Positions 27,506 to 35,898 of a stretch of 64,000 nucleotides of DNA are shown here, one piece after another (the stretch's first letter is position 1; every line of letters starts with the position of its first letter). Source of the DNA: Bacillota bacterium (GTDB lineage Bacteria; Bacillota; Clostridia; Christensenellales; UMGS416); assembly GCA_023410875.1 (NCBI GenBank), contig JAEYPH010000021.1, forward strand, positions 27,544 to 91,543. Direction: 5' to 3'. The notes below the pieces were generated by a model. The model saw nothing but the letters and a program-made list of their open reading frames with translations, was not told where the DNA came from and searched no databases. Both the position numbers and the translations under genes were made by a program.

Positions 27506-27621
27506 ATGCCCGTCGGACACATTGACCGGCCCTCTGCGCCGTGGTAAGATTTGTGAAGTGGTATAGAGCAGTTGCTCCCGGTTCCACCCATACCGACACG
27601 ACAGCCGAAGGGAGAATTTCT

Positions 27622-29016
27622 ATGGAGAATCCATTCAACGGCATTCAGCTCACGGTCAAAAACGTCCCCGCGCTGGACCCCGGTTTCATCCCGCTGGCCG
27701 GGCTCATCCGCCGGTTCCGCCAGAGCGCCGGGGAAGGCAGGCCCATTAAGATCGCTGTGGAGCGCGAGGGCGGGCAGATCTCGGTGTTCGAAATGTCTGT
27801 GCACGGCACCGAGGCCATGCGCCGGGCCGACGAACAGCTCGTGGAGCGCGTGGTGAAGACTCTGCTATGGGCCCGGGGCGGCTGGCGCGTGATCATCGCC
27901 GGCGACGATGGCCTGGCAGCCTTCATCAAAGCCGCTTATGCCGAGGGCGGCAGCCGCGCCTTCGACGCCAGGTTCATGGCCCGGGTATACGAGCGGCCCT
28001 TCGTGGTGCAGAGCATGGCCTATGACGCCGTGCCCCAGCCCAAGGACGCACCCAAGAGCATCGGCCGCCATCTGGACGGCTGCCGCATCGGCTTTGACGC
28101 CGGCGGCTCCGACCGCAAGGTCTCCGCGGTCATCGACGGCGAGGCCGTGTGGAGCGAGGAAGTCGTGTGGCATCCCAAGCTCAATTCCGACCCGGATTAC
28201 CATTTCCAGGGCATCGTGGATGCCTTGCGCAGCGCCGCGGCTAAAATGCCCCGCGTGGACGCCATCGGCGTGAGCTCGGCGGGCATCTACATCGCCAACC
28301 GCACGATGGTGGCCAGCCTGTTCCTCAAGGTCAACGACGGTGATTTCGACAAGTATGTCAAGGACATCTACCTCAGGGCCGCCCGGGAACTGGGCGAGCA
28401 CCTGCCCATCGAGGTGGCCAACGACGGCGACGTGACGGCGCTGGCCGGAGCCATGGAGCTGGAGGATACCAACGTGCTGGGCATCGCCATGGGCACCAGC
28501 CAGGCCGGCGGCTTCGTGGACGGCGGCGGCAACATCACCGGCTGGCTCAACGAACTGGCCTTCGTGCCGCTGGACGCCAACCCCGAGGCCATGGCCGACG
28601 AGTGGAGCGGCGACATCGGCTGCGGGGTCAAGTACTTCTCACAGGATGCGGTGATCAAGCTGGCCCCTGCGGCGGGCATCGAGCTGGCCCCCGCCGCCAC
28701 CCCGGCGGAGAATCTCAAGGCTGTGCAGAAGCTCATGGAGCAGCGCGACGGGCGCGCCGTGGCCATCTATGAGAGCATCGGCTGCTATCTGGGCCACGCT
28801 CTGGCCTGGTACGCCGAATTCTACGACATGAAGCACGTGTTGCTGATGGGCCGCGTGATGAGCGGCGATGGCGGCAGCATCCTGTTGGAGCAAACGCAGA
28901 AGACGCTGGACAGCGAATATCCCGACGTGGCGCGCAAGACCACGCTGCACCTGCCCGACGAAGCCTCGCGGCGCATCGGCCAGTCGGTGGCCGCCGCCTC
29001 CCTGCCGCAAATATAA
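27622..29016 (+). CDS. ROK/BadF-type sugar-kinase-like protein with an N-terminal extension
   Basis: ATPase motifs GFDAGGSDRKVS, GVSSAGIY, VANDGDVTALAG and LGIAMGTSQAGG. ORF trimmed to ATG 27622 (GAAGGGAGA upstream). Confidence 0.7.
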   Translation: MENPFNGIQLTVKNVPALDPGFIPLAGLIRRFRQSAGEGRPIKIAVEREGGQISVFEMSVHGTEAMRRADEQLVERVVKTLLWARGGWRVIIAGDDGLAAFIKAAYAEGGSRAFDARFMARVYERPFVVQSMAYDAVPQPKDAPKSIGRHLDGCRIGFDAGGSDRKVSAVIDGEAVWSEEVVWHPKLNSDPDYHFQGIVDALRSAAAKMPRVDAIGVSSAGIYIANRTMVASLFLKVNDGDFDKYVKDIYLRAARELGEHLPIEVANDGDVTALAGAMELEDTNVLGIAMGTSQAGGFVDGGGNITGWLNELAFVPLDANPEAMADEWSGDIGCGVKYFSQDAVIKLAPAAGIELAPAATPAENLKAVQKLMEQRDGRAVAIYESIGCYLGHALAWYAEFYDMKHVLLMGRVMSGDGGSILLEQTQKTLDSEYPDVARKTTLHLPDEASRRIGQSVAAASLPQI

Positions 29017-29055
29017 AGTGTACCCCAAGCATTATTAGAAATGGAAGTGAACCGC

Positions 29056-29907
29056 ATGATCAAGTTCTCCAGAGCCGATGCCGAACTCTACATCCCCGAC
29101 GGTGCTGAGCCGCAGGCCGCGCTGGCCTCCACGACCCACCTGGCCATCTCCGCCCACCAGGACGACATCGAGATCATGGCCTATGGCGGCGCGCTGGAGT
29201 GCTTTGGCCGCAAGGACAAGCGCTTCTCGGCGGCGGTGGTCACCAACGGCGCCGGCAGCCCCCGCGACGGCCTCTACGCCGACTACACCGACGAGCAGAT
29301 GCAGGCCATCCGCCGCGTGGAGCAGAAGAAGGCCGCCATGCTGGGCGACTACGCCGCCTGTGCGCTGCTCAACCACCCCAGCTCCGTGGTCAAGAACGGC
29401 AACGCCCGCGAGGTCATCGAGGACGTGAAGGCGCTGGTGCTGGCCACCAAGCCCAAGGTGCTCTACACCCACAACCCCGCTGACAAGCACGACACCCACG
29501 TGGCCGTGCTGCTGCGGGTGATCGCCGCCCTCAGGGAGCTGGACCCCGCCGACCGGCCGGAGCGCCTGTACGGGTGCGAGGTGTGGCGCTCGCTGGACTG
29601 GCTCAATGACGATGAAAAGACGGTGTTCGATGTGTCCGGCCATCCGGCGCTGGGCATGGCGCTGCTGGGTGTGTTCGATTCACAGGTGGCCGGCGGCAAG
29701 CGCTACGACCTGGCCTCGGCCGGGCGGCGCGTGGCCAACGCGACCTTCTACGCCTCCCACGGCGTGGACACCATGGACGCCGCCATCTACGGCCTGGACC
29801 TCACCTCGCTCATGGAAGGCGGCGACGTGCAGGAATACATCCAGGGCTACATCGATCGCTTCGCGTCCGACGTGAAGAAGCGGATACAGGCAATGTCGGC
29901 AAAGTAA
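29056..29907 (+). CDS. PIG-L/LmbE family deacetylase
   Basis: LAISAHQDDIEIMAYGG resembles the AHPDDE zinc-site motif of the LmbE/PIG-L family. A later HDTH is also present. Confidence 0.8.
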   Translation: MIKFSRADAELYIPDGAEPQAALASTTHLAISAHQDDIEIMAYGGALECFGRKDKRFSAAVVTNGAGSPRDGLYADYTDEQMQAIRRVEQKKAAMLGDYAACALLNHPSSVVKNGNAREVIEDVKALVLATKPKVLYTHNPADKHDTHVAVLLRVIAALRELDPADRPERLYGCEVWRSLDWLNDDEKTVFDVSGHPALGMALLGVFDSQVAGGKRYDLASAGRRVANATFYASHGVDTMDAAIYGLDLTSLMEGGDVQEYIQGYIDRFASDVKKRIQAMSAK

Positions 29908-29936
29908 GGGGAAGCAATACCACAAATCACTACAAG

Positions 29937-29975
29937 AGGGCGTCGAACTTCACAAGCTCGACGCCCTTCCTTCAT
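29937..29975. terminator. Hairpin between convergent genes
   Basis: GGGCGTCGA-loop-TCGACGCCC 9-bp stem followed by TTCCTTC. Confidence 0.5.
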
Positions 29976-29996
29976 GGTATAGCCATTGTTATCAAT

Positions 29997-30449
29997 TCAT
30001 GGATCTATGACGTCAGCAGCCAGTATGACCAGCCCTTCAAGTTCCTCAAAGCCCGCCTTGCGATAGAAGCCATAGGCCGGAGCCGTACGCTCGGTGTTCA
30101 GCAGAATGGCTGGGATTCCCCTTTGCCTAAGATCGTCCCTGATGGCGTTCATCAATTGTGTGCCAATGCCCTGCCCCTGCAGACCGGCATCCACAAAGTA
30201 TTCATCGATATAGTATTCCTCACCGCGGATCCATGGTTTGAGGAAGCCGATGCTGGCGCCGACGATGTCGCCGCCGGCCAAGGCCACATAGCCCAGAAAG
30301 TTGCTGTTGCGGCTGTGGCGCTGCAGGAATTCCTCCACGGCCTGGGGCCGCTCCCAAGTTTCATTCCACGGCTCTCTGGAGAACACCTTGCGATACAGAT
30401 CAGCACAGCCGGATAGATGCTCCGGCGCATAAGCAACGACGGTGATCAT
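29997..30449 (-). CDS. GNAT family N-acetyltransferase
   Basis: 150 aa. Acetyl-CoA-binding motif GLQGQGIGTQLMNAI. Confidence 0.85.
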   Translation of the reverse strand: MITVVAYAPEHLSGCADLYRKVFSREPWNETWERPQAVEEFLQRHSRNSNFLGYVALAGGDIVGASIGFLKPWIRGEEYYIDEYFVDAGLQGQGIGTQLMNAIRDDLRQRGIPAILLNTERTAPAYGFYRKAGFEELEGLVILAADVIDP

Positions 30450-30461
30450 AGGCGCTTCCTC

Positions 30462-31244
30462 TCACCGGTGCAGCAGGCTTAGGGCCTCCCGCAGCGTCAC
30501 CGGCACGATGTTGTGTTCCTCAAAATAGCGCAGCACCATGGGGTCGCTGAGCGCCCAGCGGTCTTCTTCCCTCTCCTGGGCTACGGTGTCGCCGTCATAG
30601 CCGGGGTGCCCCAGCGCTCGCATCTCGACGGAATCGAAGGCCGGATGGCCCAGGTGCACGGCATAAACACCGGGCTGCAGGCCCTCCAGCTTGGCGATCA
30701 GGCGTTCGGAGGCGGTGGCGCCCGGCGCCTGCCACGGCAGGCTGGGCACTTCTCCCATTCCATAGATCAGGCCGTGCCCGGCGCACCATTCGCGCACAGC
30801 GTTCTCCAGCCCGTCTATCGCCCACGTGAACAACATGTGGTCGTCGGCAAAGTAGATGTCCAGGCCATAGCTGCGGGCCAGGCCCAGCTGCGCGTCCATC
30901 TCCAGCAGGATTTCATCGATGGAGGGATGGGCGTCCCTCAGCGCCTGGGTGGTCTGGTAGAGCCAGCCGTTCTCATCCACGATGGTGGGCACCTGCTCCC
31001 TGGGAGCCACGGGCCCCCACTTCACGCTGTCCCACTCGGCGTTCATCGTCAGGTGCAGCCCCATGCAGAAGCCCGCTTCCCCGCGGAACCAACGGGCGGC
31101 TTCCTCTGCCTTGCCGCAGGTCATCATGATGACGCCGTTGCGCAGCATGCCCTTTTCGTATCCTTCCACGAAGGCACGGTTGGCAGAATCGTTGCTGCCG
31201 ATGTCGTCGGCCTTGGTCACCAGGTAAATCGCATCGTTTGTCAT
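30462..31244 (-). CDS. ChbG/YdjC-family carbohydrate deacetylase
   Basis: N-terminus LVTKADDIGSNDSANRAFVEG and the later run HLTMN...HLGHP fit the YdjC-like family. Confidence 0.78.
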   Translation of the reverse strand: MTNDAIYLVTKADDIGSNDSANRAFVEGYEKGMLRNGVIMMTCGKAEEAARWFRGEAGFCMGLHLTMNAEWDSVKWGPVAPREQVPTIVDENGWLYQTTQALRDAHPSIDEILLEMDAQLGLARSYGLDIYFADDHMLFTWAIDGLENAVREWCAGHGLIYGMGEVPSLPWQAPGATASERLIAKLEGLQPGVYAVHLGHPAFDSVEMRALGHPGYDGDTVAQEREEDRWALSDPMVLRYFEEHNIVPVTLREALSLLHR

Positions 31245-31284
31245 ATTAGCTCCCCCGCGCTTAGCGGAATCTTTATAGGCATCT

Positions 31285-31383
31285 ATGAAAATGAAGTATC
31301 ATCAGAACCGACCGACGGTTCATCCGGCGGGAGGAAACCCAAGATCAGGTGGGAGATGTTGAAAGACCCGCCAGCAGGCGATC
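31285..31383 (+). other. Decayed paralogue of the small-ORF module at 63098..63199 (in-frame TGA)
   Basis: Reads MKMKYHQNRPTVHPAGGNPRSGGRC*KTRQQAI. It shares two conserved blocks at identical 30-nt spacing with 63119-63194. No promoter or SD is visible. Confidence 0.3.
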
Positions 31384-31515
31384 TTTCACCTTTCAGAAAA
31401 CATGGCATGGGATCAAAAAGCGGAATATTGTCTGACGACGGTTATCGTCAGACAATAAACGATACCATGCGCAAGCAATCCAAATCGCCGGCGGTGTAAC
31501 AGCACCGTCGGCGAA

Positions 31516-32694
31516 TCAGCGAAACAGATGTCCCATCTTCTCTTCCTTGGTCTCAAAATACCGCCGGTTGATGGCGTTGGGCTGCATGATCAGCGGCACG
31601 CGCTCCACAACCTCTATGCCGTGGCCGCGGATGCCCACGAGCTTCTTGGGGTTGTTGGTCATGAGCCGCAGGCGGCGCGCGCCCAGATCGCTCAATATCT
31701 GCGCGCCGATGCCATAGTCCCGCAAATCCGCCGGGAAACCCAGAGCCAGGTTGGCCTCCTCGGTGTCCAGCCCTTGCTCCTGCAGGTGATAGGCCTTTAT
31801 CTTGTTGATGAGGCCTATGCCCCGGCCCTCCTGGCGCAGATAGAGCAGGATGCCGCAACCTTCAGCCTCGATGGCCGTCAGAGCGCTGGCCAGCTGCTCG
31901 CCGCAATCGCACTTGAGCGAATGGAAGGCGTCGCCGGTCAGGCATTCCGAGTGCACGCGCACGAGCACGTCGTCCTCAGGGCCGAAGGAACCCTTGACCA
32001 ACGCCACGTGGTGCTCGCCGTTGAGGCGGTTCACATAGCCCACCATGCGGAAGTCGCCGTAGGCGGTGGGCAGGTTGGCCTCGGCTTCCCGGGTCACATA
32101 GGTGTCGCGCTCCCGCCGCCAGGCGATCAAATCCTCCACCGACACCACAGGCAGGCTGTGCTCGCTGGCCAGCGCCTCCAACTGTGCCCCGAAAGCCGGC
32201 GCTCCCTGCTCGTCCAGCGCCTCGCACACGACGGCCACGGCCTGCAGACCCGCCGCCGCGCACAGGTCCACTGCGGCCTCGGCCCGAGCGGCCTTGCGCA
32301 GCACGCCGCCGTGCACCGTAGCCAACAGGAACACGTTGCCCGGCGTCGTGAACACATCCAGCGGCGCGTCGGCGTCCAACAGCAGGTCGATCGTGTTGGC
32401 GCGGCCCTCGGCGCTGAAGCCGCCGCCGTCGGCCGCGTCCACCGAGGCGAAGTAGGGCCCCCGGTGCCCGCCGCCCAAGCGGCCCACAGCCATCTCCTCC
32501 AGCCGGGGCTGGGGGATGGCCGCGCACAGCGGCCCGCGGCCGTGGTTCATAAGCCAGGCCACCGCCTCGCGGCCGGCGCGCTCCGCCGGCACCATCAGCG
32601 TGCCCTGGGCCCATTCGCCGGCATCATCCACCAGCAGCACCGGCGCGCCCTGGCGCACCCGCTCCAACACATTGCCTATACTCGTCAAGGTCAT
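31516..32694 (-). CDS. ribBA: RibBA-like protein: intact GTP cyclohydrolase II domain fused to a degenerate DHBP-synthase-like domain
   Basis: The C-terminal half carries VRVHSECLTGDAFHSLKCDCGEQL, RQEGRGIGL and DTEEANLALG. The N-terminal half aligns to RibB but reads DDAGEWAQGT, TPGNVF and AARAEA where RibB has DDEDRENEGD, RPGHVF and GGHTEA. Trimmed to ATG 32694. Confidence 0.85.
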   Translation of the reverse strand: MTLTSIGNVLERVRQGAPVLLVDDAGEWAQGTLMVPAERAGREAVAWLMNHGRGPLCAAIPQPRLEEMAVGRLGGGHRGPYFASVDAADGGGFSAEGRANTIDLLLDADAPLDVFTTPGNVFLLATVHGGVLRKAARAEAAVDLCAAAGLQAVAVVCEALDEQGAPAFGAQLEALASEHSLPVVSVEDLIAWRRERDTYVTREAEANLPTAYGDFRMVGYVNRLNGEHHVALVKGSFGPEDDVLVRVHSECLTGDAFHSLKCDCGEQLASALTAIEAEGCGILLYLRQEGRGIGLINKIKAYHLQEQGLDTEEANLALGFPADLRDYGIGAQILSDLGARRLRLMTNNPKKLVGIRGHGIEVVERVPLIMQPNAINRRYFETKEEKMGHLFR

Positions 32695-32710
32695 ATCCTG
32701 GTTCCTTTGC

Positions 32711-33667
32711 TCATTCTTTGGCGCGGTCCCGGGCCAGCATCGCCGCGCCGACGATGCCGGCGTCATTGCCCAGCGTGGCCAGCACGATATCCGGCCGGTA
32801 TCCCTCGGGGCCCACCATGCGTTCCCCCACCCGCCGGCGCAGCGGCTGCAGCAGGAAGTCGCCGGCAGCGCTCAACCCCCCGCCGATGGCGATGGCCTCG
32901 GGCTCGAACACATTGACCAGCGACACGATGCCCATGGCCAGCGCGTCGATGAAGTCGTCGAAGATGCGCAGCGCGTCCGCATCGCCGTCGCGAGCGCAGT
33001 CGATGACGGTCTTGGCCGTGATGGCATCCAGGCTGCCGGCAGCCCGCAGGATGGCACCGTCTGGGTGGGCCTGCGCCGCGCGGCGCCCCTCGCGGATCAG
33101 CGCCGTGGCCGACGCATACTGCTCCAGGCAGCCGCGGTTGCCGCAGGCGCACATCTCGCCGCGCCACACCAGCGTGATGTGGCCCAGCTCGCCGCCGCAG
33201 CCGTGGGCGCCGGAGAAGATGCGCCCGTCGATGATGACGCCGCCGCCCACGCCGGTGCCCAGCGTCAGCAGGATGCCGTGGCGGTAGCCAGCCATGGAGC
33301 CGGCGGCCACCTCGCCCAGCGCTGCCACGTTGGCGTCGTTGTCCACGGACACCGGCGCGCCCAGCAGGGCCGCCAGCTCGTCGGCCAGCGGCACGTCCTG
33401 CCAGGCCAGGTTGCTGGCCAGCAGCACCACGCCCCGCGCCGCATCGATGGAGCCCGGTGACGCCACGCCAACAGCTGTGATGTCCGCCCAGGCCAGTTCT
33501 TCACCTTCTACCAAGCCACGGCACAGCGCCGCCATGTCCGCAAGAATTTGCTCCCGCGGCCGTCCGGCGCCGGTGGGCACGCTGCGGGCGCGCAGCATGC
33601 GCCCGGTCTCGTCACAGATGCCCGCGGCGATCTTCGTACCGCCCAAATCCACGCCGATTGTCCACAT
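32711..33667 (-). CDS. glcK: ROK family glucokinase
   Basis: MWTIGVDLGGTKIAAG and the ROK zinc motif CACGNRGCLEQY. Sits directly downstream of hprK. Confidence 0.88.
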   Translation of the reverse strand: MWTIGVDLGGTKIAAGICDETGRMLRARSVPTGAGRPREQILADMAALCRGLVEGEELAWADITAVGVASPGSIDAARGVVLLASNLAWQDVPLADELAALLGAPVSVDNDANVAALGEVAAGSMAGYRHGILLTLGTGVGGGVIIDGRIFSGAHGCGGELGHITLVWRGEMCACGNRGCLEQYASATALIREGRRAAQAHPDGAILRAAGSLDAITAKTVIDCARDGDADALRIFDDFIDALAMGIVSLVNVFEPEAIAIGGGLSAAGDFLLQPLRRRVGERMVGPEGYRPDIVLATLGNDAGIVGAAMLARDRAKE

Positions 33668-33668
33668 A

Positions 33669-34601
33669 TCAGATCCCCCCCAGGCCGCCGATGCGCTCGT
33701 TGATGCGGCGGTGCAGCTCCAAAGCCGAGTTGTAGCCCATGTTCTTAAGCCTCTGATTGCGGGCGGCTACTTCCATGACGATGGCCAGGTTGCGCCCCGG
33801 CATCACCGGCAGCACGACCTTGGGCATCTTCACGTCCAGCAGATCCTCGGTGTTGTCTTCCAACCCCAGGCGGTCATATTGCTTGGAGTTGTCCCACATC
33901 TCCAGCTCGGCCACCATGTCGATGGGCTTCTGCAGCATGACCGAACCGATGCCAAACATCTGGCGTACGTCGATGATGCCGATGCCCCGCACCTCCATGA
34001 AGTGGCGCACGTTCTCCGGAGACGCGCCGATCAGCTGGTCGCGGCCGATGCGGCAGATTTCCACAACGTCGTCGGCCACCAGGCGGTGGCCCCGGTGCAT
34101 CAGCTCCAGCGCCGTTTCCGATTTGCCGATGCCGCTCTCGCCGGTGATCATGACGCCCACGCCGGCGATGTCCAGCAGTGTGCCATGGCGGGTGATGCGC
34201 GGAGCCAGCATGATGTCCAGATAGGCAAAGGCGGCCACCATGAGCTTGTTGGTGATCAGCCTGCTGCGGAACACCAGGTGGCCATACTGGGCGGCCAGCT
34301 CCAGCAGCTCCGCCGGCGGCTGCATGTTGCGGCTCAGAATCACGCACGGGAACGGGTGCTGCATCAGCCTGTCCAGCGCCTCGCGGCGCCGGGTCGCGTC
34401 CAGCGCCTCGGTCAGATAGGTCATCTCCTGCTTGCCGATGACCTGCACGCGGTCCGACGCGAAGTAATCGAAGAAGCCGGTCAGCTGCAGCCCCGGCCGG
34501 TTGACGTTGGACGTGGCGACCTCGAAGCGGTCGCTCTGGTTGCCCACCAGAACCTCCAGCTCCAGCGCCTTGATGAATTCCGATACCTTCAGCTGTGCCA
34601 T
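33669..34601 (-). CDS. hprK: HPr kinase/phosphorylase
   Basis: Walker A ITGESGIGKSETALEL and the signature run LVADDVVEI...MEVRGIGIIDV. Trimmed to ATG 34601 (GGGAG upstream). Confidence 0.92.
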   Translation of the reverse strand: MAQLKVSEFIKALELEVLVGNQSDRFEVATSNVNRPGLQLTGFFDYFASDRVQVIGKQEMTYLTEALDATRRREALDRLMQHPFPCVILSRNMQPPAELLELAAQYGHLVFRSRLITNKLMVAAFAYLDIMLAPRITRHGTLLDIAGVGVMITGESGIGKSETALELMHRGHRLVADDVVEICRIGRDQLIGASPENVRHFMEVRGIGIIDVRQMFGIGSVMLQKPIDMVAELEMWDNSKQYDRLGLEDNTEDLLDVKMPKVVLPVMPGRNLAIVMEVAARNQRLKNMGYNSALELHRRINERIGGLGGI

Positions 34602-34654
34602 CGTTACTCCCTTGCCTTTTCGCCTGCGGTGCTGCGGCACCTTGGCGATTTTAA

Positions 34655-35488
34655 CTAGTTTGTTCCCAATGCATAGGTCTCAATGGCCAGGGCCACACCA
34701 TCCTCCTGGTTGCTGGCGGTCACGGCGTCGGCCTGGCTCTTAACGAAATCCGTCGCGTTGGCCACCGCCACGCCCAGCCCGGCCCCGCGGATCATGGAAA
34801 GGTCGTTGAGCGCGTCGCCCACGGCCATAACCTGCGTGAGCGGGATGCCCAAGCGGGCGGCCAGGCCAGCCATGGCCGCGCCCTTGTGGGCGTCGCGATG
34901 GGTGAACTCCAGGTAGTTGCTCTTGGAAATCGCGATCTCCAGCGCGTCGCCAAAGCGCGCCTTGGCCGCCTCATAGGCCTCACGGATGCGCGGAGGCTCG
35001 GCGATCATCAACAGCTTGATGGGCTCAAAATCCAGCGTCTCGGCCAGATTGCTGCCGGTTTCCACGCCGGCGATGCCCGCGGCATGGCGGTAATACTCGC
35101 TCTCCTCGCCGGTCTTTTCGAAGTAATAGGTCGTCGTGGAATAGTATTGGATGTAGATGCCCCGCTCCCGGGCGAAGAGAATGGCCTGCCGGGCCAGCTC
35201 CTGCGGCACCGGCGTCAGCGAAATCTCCTCGCCGGTCTCGATGTCCACGATCTGTGCGCCCTGGCAGCACATCAGCAGCCCTTTGAGGCCCAGCTGGCGC
35301 GCATAGGGCAGCGCCGAGGGCACCATGCGCCCGGTGGCGATGGCCACGGTGATTCCCCGCTCTTCCGCGCGGCGGATGGTATCCAGGCTGCGCACCGAGA
35401 TCGTGTGGTCGTCCCGCAGCAGCGTGTCGTCCAGGTCGGTTACGATCAATTTGATATCCAATGGGTTACCTGCCTTAGTAAAAATCAC
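34655..35488 (-). CDS. Cof-type HAD-IIB family hydrolase
   Basis: IKLIVTDLDDTLL (motif I), ATGR, and GDALNDLSM (motif IV). GTG start at 35488 with no SD. Confidence 0.85.
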   Translation of the reverse strand: MIFTKAGNPLDIKLIVTDLDDTLLRDDHTISVRSLDTIRRAEERGITVAIATGRMVPSALPYARQLGLKGLLMCCQGAQIVDIETGEEISLTPVPQELARQAILFARERGIYIQYYSTTTYYFEKTGEESEYYRHAAGIAGVETGSNLAETLDFEPIKLLMIAEPPRIREAYEAAKARFGDALEIAISKSNYLEFTHRDAHKGAAMAGLAARLGIPLTQVMAVGDALNDLSMIRGAGLGVAVANATDFVKSQADAVTASNQEDGVALAIETYALGTN

Positions 35489-35493
35489 TGCAG

Positions 35494-35523
35494 ATTATAC
35501 CAAACCGGCGGCCCTTGCCGCAA
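35494..35523 (-). promoter_or_regulatory. Candidate extended -10 promoter abutting the HAD gene start (possible leaderless mRNA)
   Basis: Minus strand reads TTGCGG-N18-(TGG)TATAAT, ending 5 nt before GTG 35488. Confidence 0.35.
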
Positions 35524-35529
35524 TGCGGC

Positions 35530-35895
35530 TTAAGCCTCACGGCTGCGCTCAAAGCCCACGAACCGCGTGCCCTGGAAGGTCAGACGGCCCACGTCGCCCT
35601 CCGCCAGCAGGCCGTATTGCTCGCCGGTGACGGAGAGCTCCAGGCGGTCTCCGCTTTCCACCTCGAAGGTGGCATGGTGCCACGTGTGGGCAGCCGAGTC
35701 GCCGCTGCCGCCGGACACATCGGAGCGTTTGGTCACCACGCGGGCGGCCACTGTAAGCATCGGTGAATTGCGGTTCTTCACGGCGGTGCGCGCGGCGGCC
35801 ACCAGCGCGAACACGATGACGCCGACCACCAGCGCGAATATCACCATGAAGATGATCGGGAACACGCTGAACATAAAGTCACCCCCAAAACCCAT
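35530..35895 (-). CDS. DUF2500-like small membrane protein
   Basis: 121 aa. N-terminal TM (FPIIFMVIFALVVGVIVFALV), then HHATFEVESGDRLELSV...GRLTFQGTRFVGF. GAGGAGG RBS lies inside the uvrC 3' end. Confidence 0.7.
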   Translation of the reverse strand: MGFGGDFMFSVFPIIFMVIFALVVGVIVFALVAAARTAVKNRNSPMLTVAARVVTKRSDVSGGSGDSAAHTWHHATFEVESGDRLELSVTGEQYGLLAEGDVGRLTFQGTRFVGFERSREA

Positions 35896-35898
35896 TGC

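Noticed and set aside
31309-31340. Resemblance of CCGACGGTTCATCCGGCGGGAGGAA to the 3' part of the FMN (RFN) riboswitch, right next to ribBA.
   Set aside because: It lies downstream of ribBA and on the opposite strand. The 5' half of an RFN element (GGGTGAAATTCCC and related motifs) is absent. The same block recurs at 63.1 kb, unrelated to riboflavin genes.
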